Shown here piece by piece: positions 17,291 through 26,720 of a DNA stretch of 64,000 nucleotides (its first letter is position 1; each line of letters starts with the position of its first letter). The translations under genes were made by a program, and so were the position numbers. The notes under the pieces are model-generated. The model did not search any database and was not told the origin of the DNA. It worked only from the letters and a program-made list of their open reading frames with translations. Source of the stretch: a virus; IMG/VR virus record IMGVR_UViG_3300035491_000193, positions 95,451-159,450 of that record. One strand, 5' to 3'.

Positions 17291-17797
17291 TCATAACAAT
17301 GCCTCGCCAAAGCGTATCACTTCTTGATACAATCGACGAGACTTCTTTTGGTAATACGTAACCAGCTCTGCGTTTACGGTCGCAGGCATGGCATGTCGGA
17401 TCTCCTGCAATTGAATAGCGATGGTTTCGATGATCTCCTCAATGTTAAGCAGATATCCACGATCAACCATAAACTCGATGAGTGTGGTTGGGGTGGGGGT
17501 ATCCGCGTACCAATCTGGCATTTGAGTGTAGTACTTCTGGCTCGGACTGTCCGCAATCACGCAATTACGGAACGTCGCCAGCGCTTGCACCACCTCGCCA
17601 ATATCATGTGCCCGCATGTCAATATTAACCTGACGTTGTTCTGCCAAGGTAGGCAATTCACGGTACTCCAATAGAAACTGGTAAAGTGCATCGGCATACA
17701 CGATTTCCCCGACCTGCTTCATTTTATGAAGACGTTTCTCTGCAAGCCACAGTCGTCGCTTACGTGGAGATAAAATATATCCTAAAAACTTTTTCAT
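17291..17797 (-). CDS. Hypothetical protein, possibly virion-associated
   Basis: ORF; likely start ATG 17797 (MKKFLG), although no clear RBS is visible. Confidence 0.6.
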   Translation of the reverse strand: MKKFLGYILSPRKRRLWLAEKRLHKMKQVGEIVYADALYQFLLEYRELPTLAEQRQVNIDMRAHDIGEVVQALATFRNCVIADSPSQKYYTQMPDWYADTPTPTTLIEFMVDRGYLLNIEEIIETIAIQLQEIRHAMPATVNAELVTYYQKKSRRLYQEVIRFGEALL

Positions 17798-17813
17798 GGA
17801 GGCATTGAATCCA

Positions 17814-18254
17814 ATGGCTGAAGACATTGTAAAAGATCCCGATGATGATCGCCTGCTACAAAACCAGACGTTGCGTCACGACATCATCAATCACCTGATC
17901 TCGGACAAAGACGGCAAGCGCAATATCCCAGATGACCTGGATGCCCTGACGTTGGTGAAAAGTCTGCTGAAAGACAGCGACTCGTCCGTGTTCACGAAGA
18001 AACGCCTGACTGTTGATGAGATCGGTGCTGAGAACGACCGTCGTGCTGCCGAGCTGTTGGATCAGGTGTTGAACCGAGCACCGCGCATCGACCGCAACGC
18101 TGAGCGTAGCGTGCGTGGTCCTGATATCAGTCGTGGCCAGTTGCCTGACTTTAACTTGACCCAAGGCGAGACGAGTCAGGTGGGTGATGTGGTTGACCTC
18201 GACCAAATTGTGGCCGAGGGTCGTGCTAAGCTGAAGGGGATAACGGAAGACTGA
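17814..18254 (+). CDS. Conserved hypothetical protein (MAEDIVKDP...)
   Basis: GGAGG RBS at 17798-17802; isolated + strand gene whose 3' end overlaps the next gene by 29 nt. Confidence 0.65.
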   Translation: MAEDIVKDPDDDRLLQNQTLRHDIINHLISDKDGKRNIPDDLDALTLVKSLLKDSDSSVFTKKRLTVDEIGAENDRRAAELLDQVLNRAPRIDRNAERSVRGPDISRGQLPDFNLTQGETSQVGDVVDLDQIVAEGRAKLKGITED

Positions 18255-18933
18255 AATAACTCGGCTTCCACCAATGCAGGCTGAAGTATTCCGCCAGTTG
18301 TTGCTTCACCCGAACGAACGGGTCGATCGATTCCCGTTCAATGTGGGCTAGCAGTTCAGGGTCATCATCGATAATAACCCCTTGCGTATACAGCGTCACC
18401 CGCGGAATGCGGTGTGACGCTAACGCTTCTTTTTGTGCGTCCATCCACGGGATAGCATTATACATGATCATGGCGCTATAGCGATCGCCAACCAGTTTGG
18501 GCGTTAACTCAGTCACGGGGTGTGACACCATGGACACTAACGTACCTTCGATAGCCAGTTCGCTAATAGCCGCCACAAACTCGTCCTGAAGCTCCTCAGT
18601 GAGTCTGTACGGCCAGTAGTTAATGAATAGGTGTAACCGGTCATGTATTGGAGAAACGTCGCCACGGACCTTATGTGGCGCTAGGAGACGCCCTAAGGTT
18701 TTTGCAAACACGGTAGCGTGTGATGACTTAATCACGCTGAGGTCCCGCTCTGCCCAGGCCGAATCCCATTCATTTTTATTTACGCCAAATAATTCAGGCA
18801 AATTGTCTTTATAGCGGTTGACATATGCTGCCATATCAACCGTGGGTACGCGCGAGGGAAATCGGGCCCGCAATAAACCAATACGGGTGTCGAGCAGGGA
18901 ATCAAGGTCAATTAACACATCTTGCGATTGCAT
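18226..18933 (-). CDS. HAD-fold-like conserved jumbo-phage protein
   Basis: N-terminal VLIDLDSLLDTR (DxD-type motif); GGAG RBS before ATG 18933. Confidence 0.55.
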   Translation of the reverse strand: MQSQDVLIDLDSLLDTRIGLLRARFPSRVPTVDMAAYVNRYKDNLPELFGVNKNEWDSAWAERDLSVIKSSHATVFAKTLGRLLAPHKVRGDVSPIHDRLHLFINYWPYRLTEELQDEFVAAISELAIEGTLVSMVSHPVTELTPKLVGDRYSAMIMYNAIPWMDAQKEALASHRIPRVTLYTQGVIIDDDPELLAHIERESIDPFVRVKQQLAEYFSLHWWKPSYFSLPLSPSA

Positions 18934-18934
18934 A

Positions 18935-19396
18935 TCACACTCCAGCAGACAACTCACTCAGAACGGAGCGGAAGGCCGCCGTGATTAAATAGATCACCAG
19001 CGGTCCACCACTTTCAATCAGACTGTGGTCGATGCGGTCCGTTACCTGAGTATCGAACAACTCCATAACACCAAGATCTCCTAAGGTCTCGGAGAATACA
19101 TTCTGCAGTTTACTGAAACTCACATCTGGACCCATGGTGTCAAGATCCATCCGCAGGTGTATTGCCGTCCGTGCAATGAAGTTGGTGAGGTATGCCTGGG
19201 TGGCTGCTTGCTGCGCATCGATACCCTGGAGGATATTTTGGTAGCCTTCATGAGTGAAGATCGACAGCGTCACCGAGCCAAAAACCCCTGCGAACTGTTC
19301 GATACGTCCCGAAGTGTCGTCAGCTGTGTTGAGCTCTTGCCGTATTTGATCGCGGACGAGATTGAGCGCGTACTGATAAATGGATGACGTGTTCAT
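18935..19396 (-). CDS. Hypothetical protein (153 aa)
   Basis: ORF tightly packed between its neighbours. Confidence 0.65.
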   Translation of the reverse strand: MNTSSIYQYALNLVRDQIRQELNTADDTSGRIEQFAGVFGSVTLSIFTHEGYQNILQGIDAQQAATQAYLTNFIARTAIHLRMDLDTMGPDVSFSKLQNVFSETLGDLGVMELFDTQVTDRIDHSLIESGGPLVIYLITAAFRSVLSELSAGV

Positions 19397-19398
19397 CG

Positions 19399-20061
19399 TT
19401 AGTATCCCAGGTTAGTGCCGATGTGCATGCAGCGGAAAATGATGCCAGTGGTGACCACCGACTTGGTGCGGGTTTTATCCGCCCCTTCGAAGGATTGGGA
19501 GGCGCTACCAAACTGACGTAACTGCCGATCAACCGCCTGGCGGGCTTTGTTATCGCCGCCACGGATCTTGATCAGTTCGCGAATGGTTTCTTTATATCCT
19601 TTCGTGGCCATAACGTAGATCTGCGGAAATGAAAAGGAAGAACCTTTCGACGCACCAGTGGCCTGACCCGTGGTCTTGTCAATCGTCCGGTTGTGGTCGG
19701 CGATGGAGATCTTTTTATCGATCATCTGAGTTTGTCGGCGAACCGGCAACGGCAGCACGATATGCTTCTTGCGTGTCAGGGAAGTCACCCCTGTACGTGG
19801 GTCCGTCAACCAACACTTCTGCTCTGGCTCATACCCAAGCTTTCGCATGATCTCTACGTTGCGCATGTGGTCGATCCTCACCTTACCGCCATTGGGCGCA
19901 TAGATTGGGATTGGCCGTGCAATAAATGCTTCCAGGGCCTTATCGTCAAGGCGGGGGAAGATCTTTTCTTGGTACAGTCGTTTGTTTTCCCCTGAGGGGT
20001 CGACCTGGTGTACATAATCGAGGATAAACGCCTCGATTTTCTTACGGGTTTGCGGTTTCAT
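19399..20061 (-). CDS. vRNAP beta subunit, C-terminal part (PhiKZ gp149-like)
   Basis: VDPSGENK...PIYAPN...LPLPVRRQTQMIDKK...TGQATGASKGSSFSFP...ELIKIRGGD corresponds to the RNAP beta C-terminal region; AAGGA RBS before ATG 20061. Confidence 0.8.
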   Translation of the reverse strand: MKPQTRKKIEAFILDYVHQVDPSGENKRLYQEKIFPRLDDKALEAFIARPIPIYAPNGGKVRIDHMRNVEIMRKLGYEPEQKCWLTDPRTGVTSLTRKKHIVLPLPVRRQTQMIDKKISIADHNRTIDKTTGQATGASKGSSFSFPQIYVMATKGYKETIRELIKIRGGDNKARQAVDRQLRQFGSASQSFEGADKTRTKSVVTTGIIFRCMHIGTNLGY

Positions 20062-20233
20062 ACTGGGTTCCTTGCGTGCGTGGCTCGCTGAGGATGGCGG
20101 TGAGTTCCTCACTAACGGCCCGAACAATGGCCGCTCGTAACCGATCGACCTGGATGCGATCGTGGACTTCGGTATAAATAGTGGTAACGACGCCCTTGTC
20201 AGTGATGTCGGTTTTCACACTAACGTTACTCAT
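20042..20233 (-). CDS. Small hypothetical protein (63 aa)
   Basis: ATGA overlap with the upstream gene. Confidence 0.5.
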   Translation of the reverse strand: MSNVSVKTDITDKGVVTTIYTEVHDRIQVDRLRAAIVRAVSEELTAILSEPRTQGTQYETANP

Positions 20234-20739
20234 GTGGTTTTCCCCTGCTTTATTTTTCTCACCGTGACCAGGCGCCCTTCCTGGATCGCTTGCTCGGTGA
20301 TATACTTACATTCCTTACTTAACCCTTGGGTGATCACAACGACGACATGGGATGCGGCCACCATGCGCCGATCGCGCGCTTTGGTTAAGCGCACAGACGG
20401 TTGGGTCCACTCTTCGATTTGACCAGAGTCGTGTATGTCCACCTCAATGTGATTGCGTGTTGCATATTGACGCACAATAGCTTCAACGCCGTCATGTTGC
20501 CCAGTTTGAATGCGCACATTGACCTTGCGTTCAAAAATAGACAAGATAGAAGTAATGCAGTTGGATACCGCCGCTTTATCTGTCAGATCGCTATCGCCTG
20601 TGATGGCGACAGACACCTGGTCCATGGTGTCAGGATCAAGTCCTGCAAAAAACAGTTCTGCATGACCGACGTTTGTGTGCGAAAATAACCCACCGTGTTC
20701 CAAGGTGTCAAGTAGCTTGTCAAAGATGGGATTGCGCAT
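20230..20739 (-). CDS. SLOG-family protein (YspA/DUF2493-like)
   Basis: IQTGQHDGVEAIVRQYA...ARDRRMVAASHVVVVI...SKECKYITEQA...VRKI follows the SLOG pattern. Confidence 0.55.
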   Translation of the reverse strand: MRNPIFDKLLDTLEHGGLFSHTNVGHAELFFAGLDPDTMDQVSVAITGDSDLTDKAAVSNCITSILSIFERKVNVRIQTGQHDGVEAIVRQYATRNHIEVDIHDSGQIEEWTQPSVRLTKARDRRMVAASHVVVVITQGLSKECKYITEQAIQEGRLVTVRKIKQGKTT

Positions 20740-21077
20740 TATCTATCCAACTTAATATAAGTGGGGAAATAGCGGTCCATCAAGTTGCGGATCCAACCAG
20801 CTACATCTTGGGACCGGTTCAAAGTCCCCAGGCTATTGCGGGCTCGACGAACTTCTTCGTGCAGTCGCTGATTATCACGTCCACGATGCTCACGATAACG
20901 GGACAACAACTGCCAGTTCAGAAAACTGTTGATATCTCGCACTTCTTCGTGCCAGTGGGTATTAATAGAACGGGTGCGCGACTTCCAATCGTGGTAGGCT
21001 TCGCGCAGCTCGCAACTGAGTTCAGGATATTGGTACTGGATCTCCAGTTCCAATTCCCGCATAATGCGTCCAGTCAT
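20739..21077 (-). CDS. Hypothetical protein (112 aa)
   Basis: AGGAG RBS; TAATG overlap with the next gene. Confidence 0.6.
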   Translation of the reverse strand: MTGRIMRELELEIQYQYPELSCELREAYHDWKSRTRSINTHWHEEVRDINSFLNWQLLSRYREHRGRDNQRLHEEVRRARNSLGTLNRSQDVAGWIRNLMDRYFPTYIKLDR

Positions 21078-21088
21078 AATAACTCCTA

Positions 21089-21106
21089 GGCGGGGACTAC
21101 CCCGCC
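21089..21106 (-). terminator. Hairpin downstream of the recombinase gene
   Basis: GGCGGGG-ACTA-CCCCGCC; no clear U-tract. Confidence 0.4.
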
Positions 21107-21114
21107 CGTTGTTG

Positions 21115-22566
21115 TCACTTTGAACAGGAGAGCATCTTAGGTTTAAGGTTGCCCAATGCCATGTCCAACAGTGTCATAATGGTGATAGTGGGCTTGCCAA
21201 TCTCTTCCTCTTGGTCTTGGAAGTACCAGTACTCAACCGTGTCTTGGAGGATCTGGTTCCAGTCAAAGCCCCGTTCTTTGATTTTGTCGTACAGCTCCTG
21301 CGCACTCATCCGATATTCAGGGTCAAGGTGGAACCAGTTCATGTTGATATATGCCAGAGACGCAGTGATGGCCATGGCTCGTTTGAACTTGGCATTGGCC
21401 TCGAGCAGCTCGCGCAGGTTCTTCCGGGTGAATGTTACCTCCGGGTAGATATCGAGCTTCTTGAACGCCCCACCTGAGCCGGAGGATGTCACGCCAAACT
21501 CCTTCGCATGTTCGCGAATGTAGTTAAATTCAGTTACACCGACCAGTAGGCCTTCGATTTGTGAAAAAGCGATTTCGATGCTGGCGCCAGTTGGACCGGA
21601 TTTGCCTCGCAGTTCAGTGAATTCAATGAACCGCAAGTCGGTGTCGCCCACACGCGGTTCCACGTCCGGGTGGGGGTATTCTGGCATCTTATCGGATTTG
21701 TTGAGACCGTTACGAAACCCGGTGGCCAACAATACACTGTTCGGCAGGAAACTAAATCCGCGTCCAGGTACGCCTTTGAACTTCAGGTTGCCTTTCAACC
21801 CTTCCAACTTCTTCTGGGAGGGGGCGTACATGTCCATCTTCAGTTCGTCATCCGCGTGAGCGATCAGGCCAAAGTAGTAGTTACCACGCGCCGCCACGGT
21901 AGGCATCTGCTTCATCAGCTGTGCTTTGGAGCGTGCATCATCCATAGCTTCAGTGTTCAGGTCAGACTCACCCACGGTGCCTTTGTCGTACTTCTTCTCA
22001 ACGGAGCCAGTGTGGAATTCTGACAAGGAATCGACGGTAAAGATCCACGGGTTGAGCATGGTGGCGTAGGTGCCGTCCATTTCTTTGAATGGAGTGATGC
22101 GATGATCTTTCTCTTTGATTTTTTCACGGTTGGCCAGTTCACCCCGACAGTTGTCCCGCCACCACAGCTCGCCCGGCTGTACCGCGGAGTTGGTCATGTT
22201 CCACGGGGTGTCAGGGTCGTCCAGCAACTGAAGGATGTCAGGCCGCTCTTCCCAGTGATGGTCGCGTACTACGCTGTCAATGTAGTCTTGTATGCGTCCA
22301 ACTTTCATTGACAGTTCTGAATCGTAAAACTCGGTGTATTCGAACTGGTACCGCAATGAGGCAGTGGAGGCCAGTGTACACGACAGCGCTGACTTGAACG
22401 TATTGCCGCGTCCGCCGAAGCCCATGATTTGTCCATACCCGCCATCGAGGTACCAGAGGTTATCTTTTCCTTTCAGAAAACGACCGGTCATCAAGTCCAA
22501 GATGGAGAAGACGTTAAACCGTGGGCGGATGGTTTTCGCACGAACGCGTGAGCTAGGTCCAGCCAT
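21115..22566 (-). CDS. uvsX: RecA/UvsX-like recombinase (PhiKZ gp152-like)
   Basis: Variant Walker A GGRGNTFKS, YDSE, Walker B FTVDSLS, and the late LRGKSGPTG motif. Confidence 0.8.
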   Translation of the reverse strand: MAGPSSRVRAKTIRPRFNVFSILDLMTGRFLKGKDNLWYLDGGYGQIMGFGGRGNTFKSALSCTLASTASLRYQFEYTEFYDSELSMKVGRIQDYIDSVVRDHHWEERPDILQLLDDPDTPWNMTNSAVQPGELWWRDNCRGELANREKIKEKDHRITPFKEMDGTYATMLNPWIFTVDSLSEFHTGSVEKKYDKGTVGESDLNTEAMDDARSKAQLMKQMPTVAARGNYYFGLIAHADDELKMDMYAPSQKKLEGLKGNLKFKGVPGRGFSFLPNSVLLATGFRNGLNKSDKMPEYPHPDVEPRVGDTDLRFIEFTELRGKSGPTGASIEIAFSQIEGLLVGVTEFNYIREHAKEFGVTSSGSGGAFKKLDIYPEVTFTRKNLRELLEANAKFKRAMAITASLAYINMNWFHLDPEYRMSAQELYDKIKERGFDWNQILQDTVEYWYFQDQEEEIGKPTITIMTLLDMALGNLKPKMLSCSK

Positions 22567-22659
22567 GTTATCATTTCCCCTTTAATCATTCTATGTGTGG
22601 TTCATTCAAAAGATGATGTCCTATCCTAAAAAATAAACTTTTTGTGAGGTACTAACCTG

Positions 22660-23511
22660 ATGCAAACGTTACCTAAGCTCATTGAGCTCCAACGACTCAA
22701 TGTTGCGATCGAACACGAGGCCGCGTCCAGCTTTTATGAGAACTTCGCACGGGTGTTTAAAAACTCCCTATTTGGGCGCATGTCTGAACGGGTTAGCGAA
22801 CTGTTCGGCAAGAACATGGCCAGTCATTACAGCTGGTCGCCAAGGGTTGAGCAAGATCTGCTTGCGTGGGCGGACCGGGAGTCTTATATGGTACTGGGCG
22901 ATGTGACACTGTTTGTACCAGTCGGTCTGAAAGTGACGTACCTGGAGTACTTGGACGCACTGGAAAATGCACTGCCGCATATTCTCAAGCTGAACGAAGA
23001 GCTACTCCAGCCAGCCATCGAGACCGTGGGTGTGCTGATCAACAATCCCGGCCTGGCGGCGTCCAAATCCGGTCTCAAAGGCACTGCCTTCACTGGCAAA
23101 CTGTTTGGGGTTAAGCCGGAAGACGTGGCCAAAGAAATCAGCAAGTGTTTCGATGCAGCGAGCCGCGATGACACCGCCAAATACAAACAGGTGCTGAAGC
23201 GAAACCAAGACCTGTCCGTGACCGTGCAGCGACTGGCTCAACTCCAGGACAACTTGCCACTCAGCCATATGCAAGCTGTCGAGCGCAACATGCGACAGTT
23301 GATACAGCTGGCCGATGAGCTGGTAACGCAAATGAAAGACGATGAGCGCTATCAATCGCTCTCACCGAAGATGGGTGGAATGATCTCCGATCAGCTGTAC
23401 CAATGCGCGGTGTGGGTAGAGTTCTTTGCTGTCTACCAACGTCAGGTGCTGGTGTTGAGCACTGCACTGGAAGACAGTGTGAAGAAACTGAAAAAGATCT
23501 CAAAAAAATAA
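22660..23511 (+). CDS. Probable virion structural protein (283 aa)
   Basis: GAGGT RBS; lone + strand gene divergent from uvsX, the arrangement I recall in PhiKZ-like phages. Confidence 0.55.
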   Translation: MQTLPKLIELQRLNVAIEHEAASSFYENFARVFKNSLFGRMSERVSELFGKNMASHYSWSPRVEQDLLAWADRESYMVLGDVTLFVPVGLKVTYLEYLDALENALPHILKLNEELLQPAIETVGVLINNPGLAASKSGLKGTAFTGKLFGVKPEDVAKEISKCFDAASRDDTAKYKQVLKRNQDLSVTVQRLAQLQDNLPLSHMQAVERNMRQLIQLADELVTQMKDDERYQSLSPKMGGMISDQLYQCAVWVEFFAVYQRQVLVLSTALEDSVKKLKKISKK

Positions 23512-23555
23512 AAAAAAAAGAACCGTCGGGAGGGCTAGCGTCCTCCCGCGTTTTG
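23502..23555. terminator. Intrinsic terminator with long U-tract on the - strand and short U-tract on the + strand
   Basis: A-runs, CGGGAGG...CCTCCCG hairpin (23527-23548), then TTTT. Confidence 0.7.
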
Positions 23556-23572
23556 TGCAGATACCGAACGAT

Positions 23573-23589
23573 CAGACTATATATCTGAG
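23573..23589 (-). promoter_or_regulatory. Partial copy of the repeated promoter-like motif (CTCAGATATATAG)
   Basis: First 12 nt are identical to the copy at 60024-60041; the site is also a TCAGA-N7-TCTGA inverted repeat. Confidence 0.35.
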
Positions 23590-23625
23590 ATTACTGTTAC
23601 TGACGATAGCCAGATATGACGAAGG

Positions 23626-24207
23626 CTACCGCTGCCCTGCCTTTTTATACCTAGGACCTATACCGCGCAACTTTTCCCGTGTGATGCCAGTCAGGGTCAG
23701 TGTAGCACCGCCACGTCGAACTGTAACATCGCAGTCCACATCATACAAACCCAGCCGGTACAGATCTGCTGTAATGACGTTCTCGATCTCAGCATAGGCG
23801 TCGAAGTGCGGTAGACACTCCTGCACCATCCACGCGACGGTTACAGGTGAGAGGTCGTTGGGTCCGTACGGGTCATCCTCGTCGTCAATGGTCTCCAACA
23901 TTCCCGCGGCAAGTCGACTACCATCTTCCGCCAACTCTTGCAGGTCTTGTGGGCTCAGTTCGATGTACGCACCTTCTGCAAACACCAACGGTCCGGTGAT
24001 GTCCAATAGCGCCCGGTAGCGGTGCATGTTGTAACTGCCGTTCATGATGTATGAAATCAGCTCCTCAACTTGCATGATGAAACAATCGTACACTAGCTGT
24101 CGTGCGGCATCAGAAAATACCCCCAGGTCATGATCGGATTCTATTTTCGTCCAAAGTCGACGAATCGCATCACGGGATCGCCGTCCCAAGTTTAAAGTTA
24201 CTTCCAT
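23626..24207 (-). CDS. Hypothetical protein (193 aa)
   Basis: ORF overlapping the end of the upstream gene. Confidence 0.65.
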   Translation of the reverse strand: MEVTLNLGRRSRDAIRRLWTKIESDHDLGVFSDAARQLVYDCFIMQVEELISYIMNGSYNMHRYRALLDITGPLVFAEGAYIELSPQDLQELAEDGSRLAAGMLETIDDEDDPYGPNDLSPVTVAWMVQECLPHFDAYAEIENVITADLYRLGLYDVDCDVTVRRGGATLTLTGITREKLRGIGPRYKKAGQR

Positions 24208-24638
24208 GTCTCCACCCTCACCCTAACATAGTTTAGTGCTGGACTGACGTACACTCGATCGATGGCCAATGCATCATCAGGTACTGACCGTTCGTAAAGT
24301 TTCCGTAATGGAGCTAACAACATACATAGCTCTGCCGGTCTTGGGATGGTGTGACCAAAGAAGTCAGACAGACTCTCATGTGAGCCAACCTCGCGCCACA
24401 CACTGGCGAAATCTGCAAACCGTGCAGTGGGCATGTCATAGCTCAGCATTGTGTCGATACATTCCTCAATGGCCAACCTAAACACCCTCGTGTACAGACT
24501 GTGCATGTGGTCCCCTTCCGACAGTCCCAGCTCTAATACCCCAGCGGAGTATAAACTTCGCAGGTTGTCACGCACATCCGGCGGGATGTCTATGGTGACG
24601 TCAATGACACGATAATCGTTACTCACGACAAACTCCAA
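24198..24638 (-). CDS. Hypothetical protein; true start may be GTG 24626
   Basis: ORF; TTGGAG acts as a plausible RBS for the GTG. Confidence 0.6.
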   Translation of the reverse strand: MEFVVSNDYRVIDVTIDIPPDVRDNLRSLYSAGVLELGLSEGDHMHSLYTRVFRLAIEECIDTMLSYDMPTARFADFASVWREVGSHESLSDFFGHTIPRPAELCMLLAPLRKLYERSVPDDALAIDRVYVSPALNYVRVRVETWK

Positions 24639-24670
24639 GATAGTTAGTTCATGATAATAACATATAACTG

Positions 24671-24705
24671 AAATAAAAACCGGTCAGGGACCCGAAGGTC
24701 CCTGA
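24671..24705 (-). terminator. Intrinsic terminator with UUCG loop
   Basis: TCAGGGACC-CGAA-GGTCCCTGA on the + strand, with an A-tract to its left. Confidence 0.75.
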
Positions 24706-24711
24706 TGGCGG

Positions 24712-25104
24712 TTAGGATATTGTTGTCTTTTGCCGTTGTTCTTTCCACGCAGTTTGCCGCAAAATCAGATCGATCATGTCATCAGTGCGCCAGTCGGGCA
24801 GCCGAAAGGCATCCTTACGGAAGTGTGGGTTTGGTACGTATTGCGGCGTCCACCAGCGTACGGGCCATTTCCATTTAGTCTTCCGGCAGAGTCCGTTGAT
24901 AACCCGCTGCGTAAGTGTAAGTCGCTTTGGCACTACCCGCGGTGGTTCCAGCAACACACCCAAGTTATTGTACACTTCGGCATACTCCACTTTACATAAC
25001 CAGTTACCCTCTGCCTTTCGCGACATGGGAACTTGCTCGTACTCCAATCGTCCCGCGTCCGGACCACTCATCACCACATAGTACGGCTTCCTTACAGTAT
25101 CCAT
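24712..25104 (-). CDS. Hypothetical protein (130 aa)
   Basis: GAGGAG RBS; overlaps the end of the RNase H gene. Confidence 0.65.
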   Translation of the reverse strand: MDTVRKPYYVVMSGPDAGRLEYEQVPMSRKAEGNWLCKVEYAEVYNNLGVLLEPPRVVPKRLTLTQRVINGLCRKTKWKWPVRWWTPQYVPNPHFRKDAFRLPDWRTDDMIDLILRQTAWKEQRQKTTIS

Positions 25105-26720
25105 GCTTGCTCCTCAGTAGACAAGATACGCTTATTGCGATACACGCCGGCCCAAATGCCCACGCCGTCATCGCAATCAAGTACAAAACCATAATTGTAC
25201 AGAATGCGTGAGAACTTCCACGTCACAATATAAACTTTGGGGTTCTTGTCGGTAAGCTTTGCCAGCATGTTTCGTGACGGCAAATCGATTCCCCGCGCCA
25301 GGATTAACTTCACCGGCTTGCTTACTCCGTCCAGATTCGCTTGGACCTCGATGGAGCGGTCGACGTTGGTGTAGAACTCAGTGAGCTTGACAGCACCCGC
25401 CTCTCCGTTCTTCTTGACCTCCTGCTGGAAAAACGCGTCAGTCAGGTCGGTCAGCGCAATCTTGGTCTGTGAGGGGTTGTCGTCGCCATCCACGATGCAA
25501 CCCTTAGTCATCAGGTAAGCATTGAGAATGTCCCGCAGGTTACGCTCTTCGTCCAACACCCGGTACGATAATCGCGGCGGTCTTTGCACTTTCGCCACCA
25601 GCTCCTTGTCGATAGTTAACAGGTCGTCATGGTCATTGCCCATCCACAGGCACTCTCTGCCCGCACGCTTCAACTCCCAGATAATCCGCGGCGACATGAT
25701 CGACGACACGTTGACCATGCCGACCAAGGCCGACTGATACATCTCACACTGTGTGGTCCACATGTTGTTCCGATGATAATCTAACAGCTCATCGATTAAC
25801 GCAGGCCGCTCCTTTGACAATACCACAGAGAAGCCCGCATCGGGGATAATCTTACCTAGCAGTTCAACGTCATCTTTGTTCTTAGAATGGTCGCCCAAGA
25901 AATACTGATGGTAGGTTTCGCCATCGATATCAACCTGCTGCCGCTCTTCCGACGTTAACGCATAACACCACTTTTGGTGCAGCATGGGCGGTACTGGTTT
26001 CTCCGGCTCCCAGTAGTCCTGGTCGTGCACGTCGGTGGCGATCCAGTGGTTAGTCGGCTTGCCGTTAATACCGGCCACGACAGCAAAGGTGGCGTTGCGG
26101 TCCGCCGACTCATTTCCGAAGTGCCCTTTATGGGCCTTGATCTTTTTCACTTCCAGCCGGTCTTTCCATACCTCGAGCAACTTATCGATGCGTTGCCAGA
26201 TTTCCAGGTTCTTAATTTCAGTCCCGTCTGCTCTGCACCAATTGCGCGCCTTCCAGTTGACCAGGTCGCGACGAATGCCGTCGACCAGATACTGACTGTC
26301 GGAATATACTAACATGTACTCCACATCCAGTTTGTCAGTTTCCAGGACCTGGCACAATGCTTCCAATTCCCCTACTTGAGAGGTGCCGTCGGGGAAAGAA
26401 ATCCAGGCATCGACGATAGCGATGTCAGCCCCCTCTTTAGTAACTCTACAGACACCATCATCGGCTTTCAAACTGATTTTCTGATCCCACTGCTCATAGG
26501 TCGGGTTGTGTTTTTCGTCTTTCAGCTCCGGGCCGGTTGGTTTGGGATGGTAACCTGTCGGGGTGATGATGTTGGGTACTTTACTGTAACGGACGGTGGG
26601 AAGTTCGTTATATAGGTAACCATGAATACCGGAGCCGCCGGAGCCACGATGAGTTCCTTCACGTCGACCACCGTCAGTGTACATCACTGCGTATTTGTAT
26701 TTAAGAGGTTGGGTTATCAT
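25092..26720 (-). CDS. rnhA: Ribonuclease HI domain with long C-terminal extension (PhiKZ gp155-like)
   Basis: YTDGG, GELEAL, YSDSQY, KNLEIWQ, KAHKGHFGNESAD give the full RNase HI catalytic set. Confidence 0.88.
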   Translation of the reverse strand: MITQPLKYKYAVMYTDGGRREGTHRGSGGSGIHGYLYNELPTVRYSKVPNIITPTGYHPKPTGPELKDEKHNPTYEQWDQKISLKADDGVCRVTKEGADIAIVDAWISFPDGTSQVGELEALCQVLETDKLDVEYMLVYSDSQYLVDGIRRDLVNWKARNWCRADGTEIKNLEIWQRIDKLLEVWKDRLEVKKIKAHKGHFGNESADRNATFAVVAGINGKPTNHWIATDVHDQDYWEPEKPVPPMLHQKWCYALTSEERQQVDIDGETYHQYFLGDHSKNKDDVELLGKIIPDAGFSVVLSKERPALIDELLDYHRNNMWTTQCEMYQSALVGMVNVSSIMSPRIIWELKRAGRECLWMGNDHDDLLTIDKELVAKVQRPPRLSYRVLDEERNLRDILNAYLMTKGCIVDGDDNPSQTKIALTDLTDAFFQQEVKKNGEAGAVKLTEFYTNVDRSIEVQANLDGVSKPVKLILARGIDLPSRNMLAKLTDKNPKVYIVTWKFSRILYNYGFVLDCDDGVGIWAGVYRNKRILSTEEQAWIL

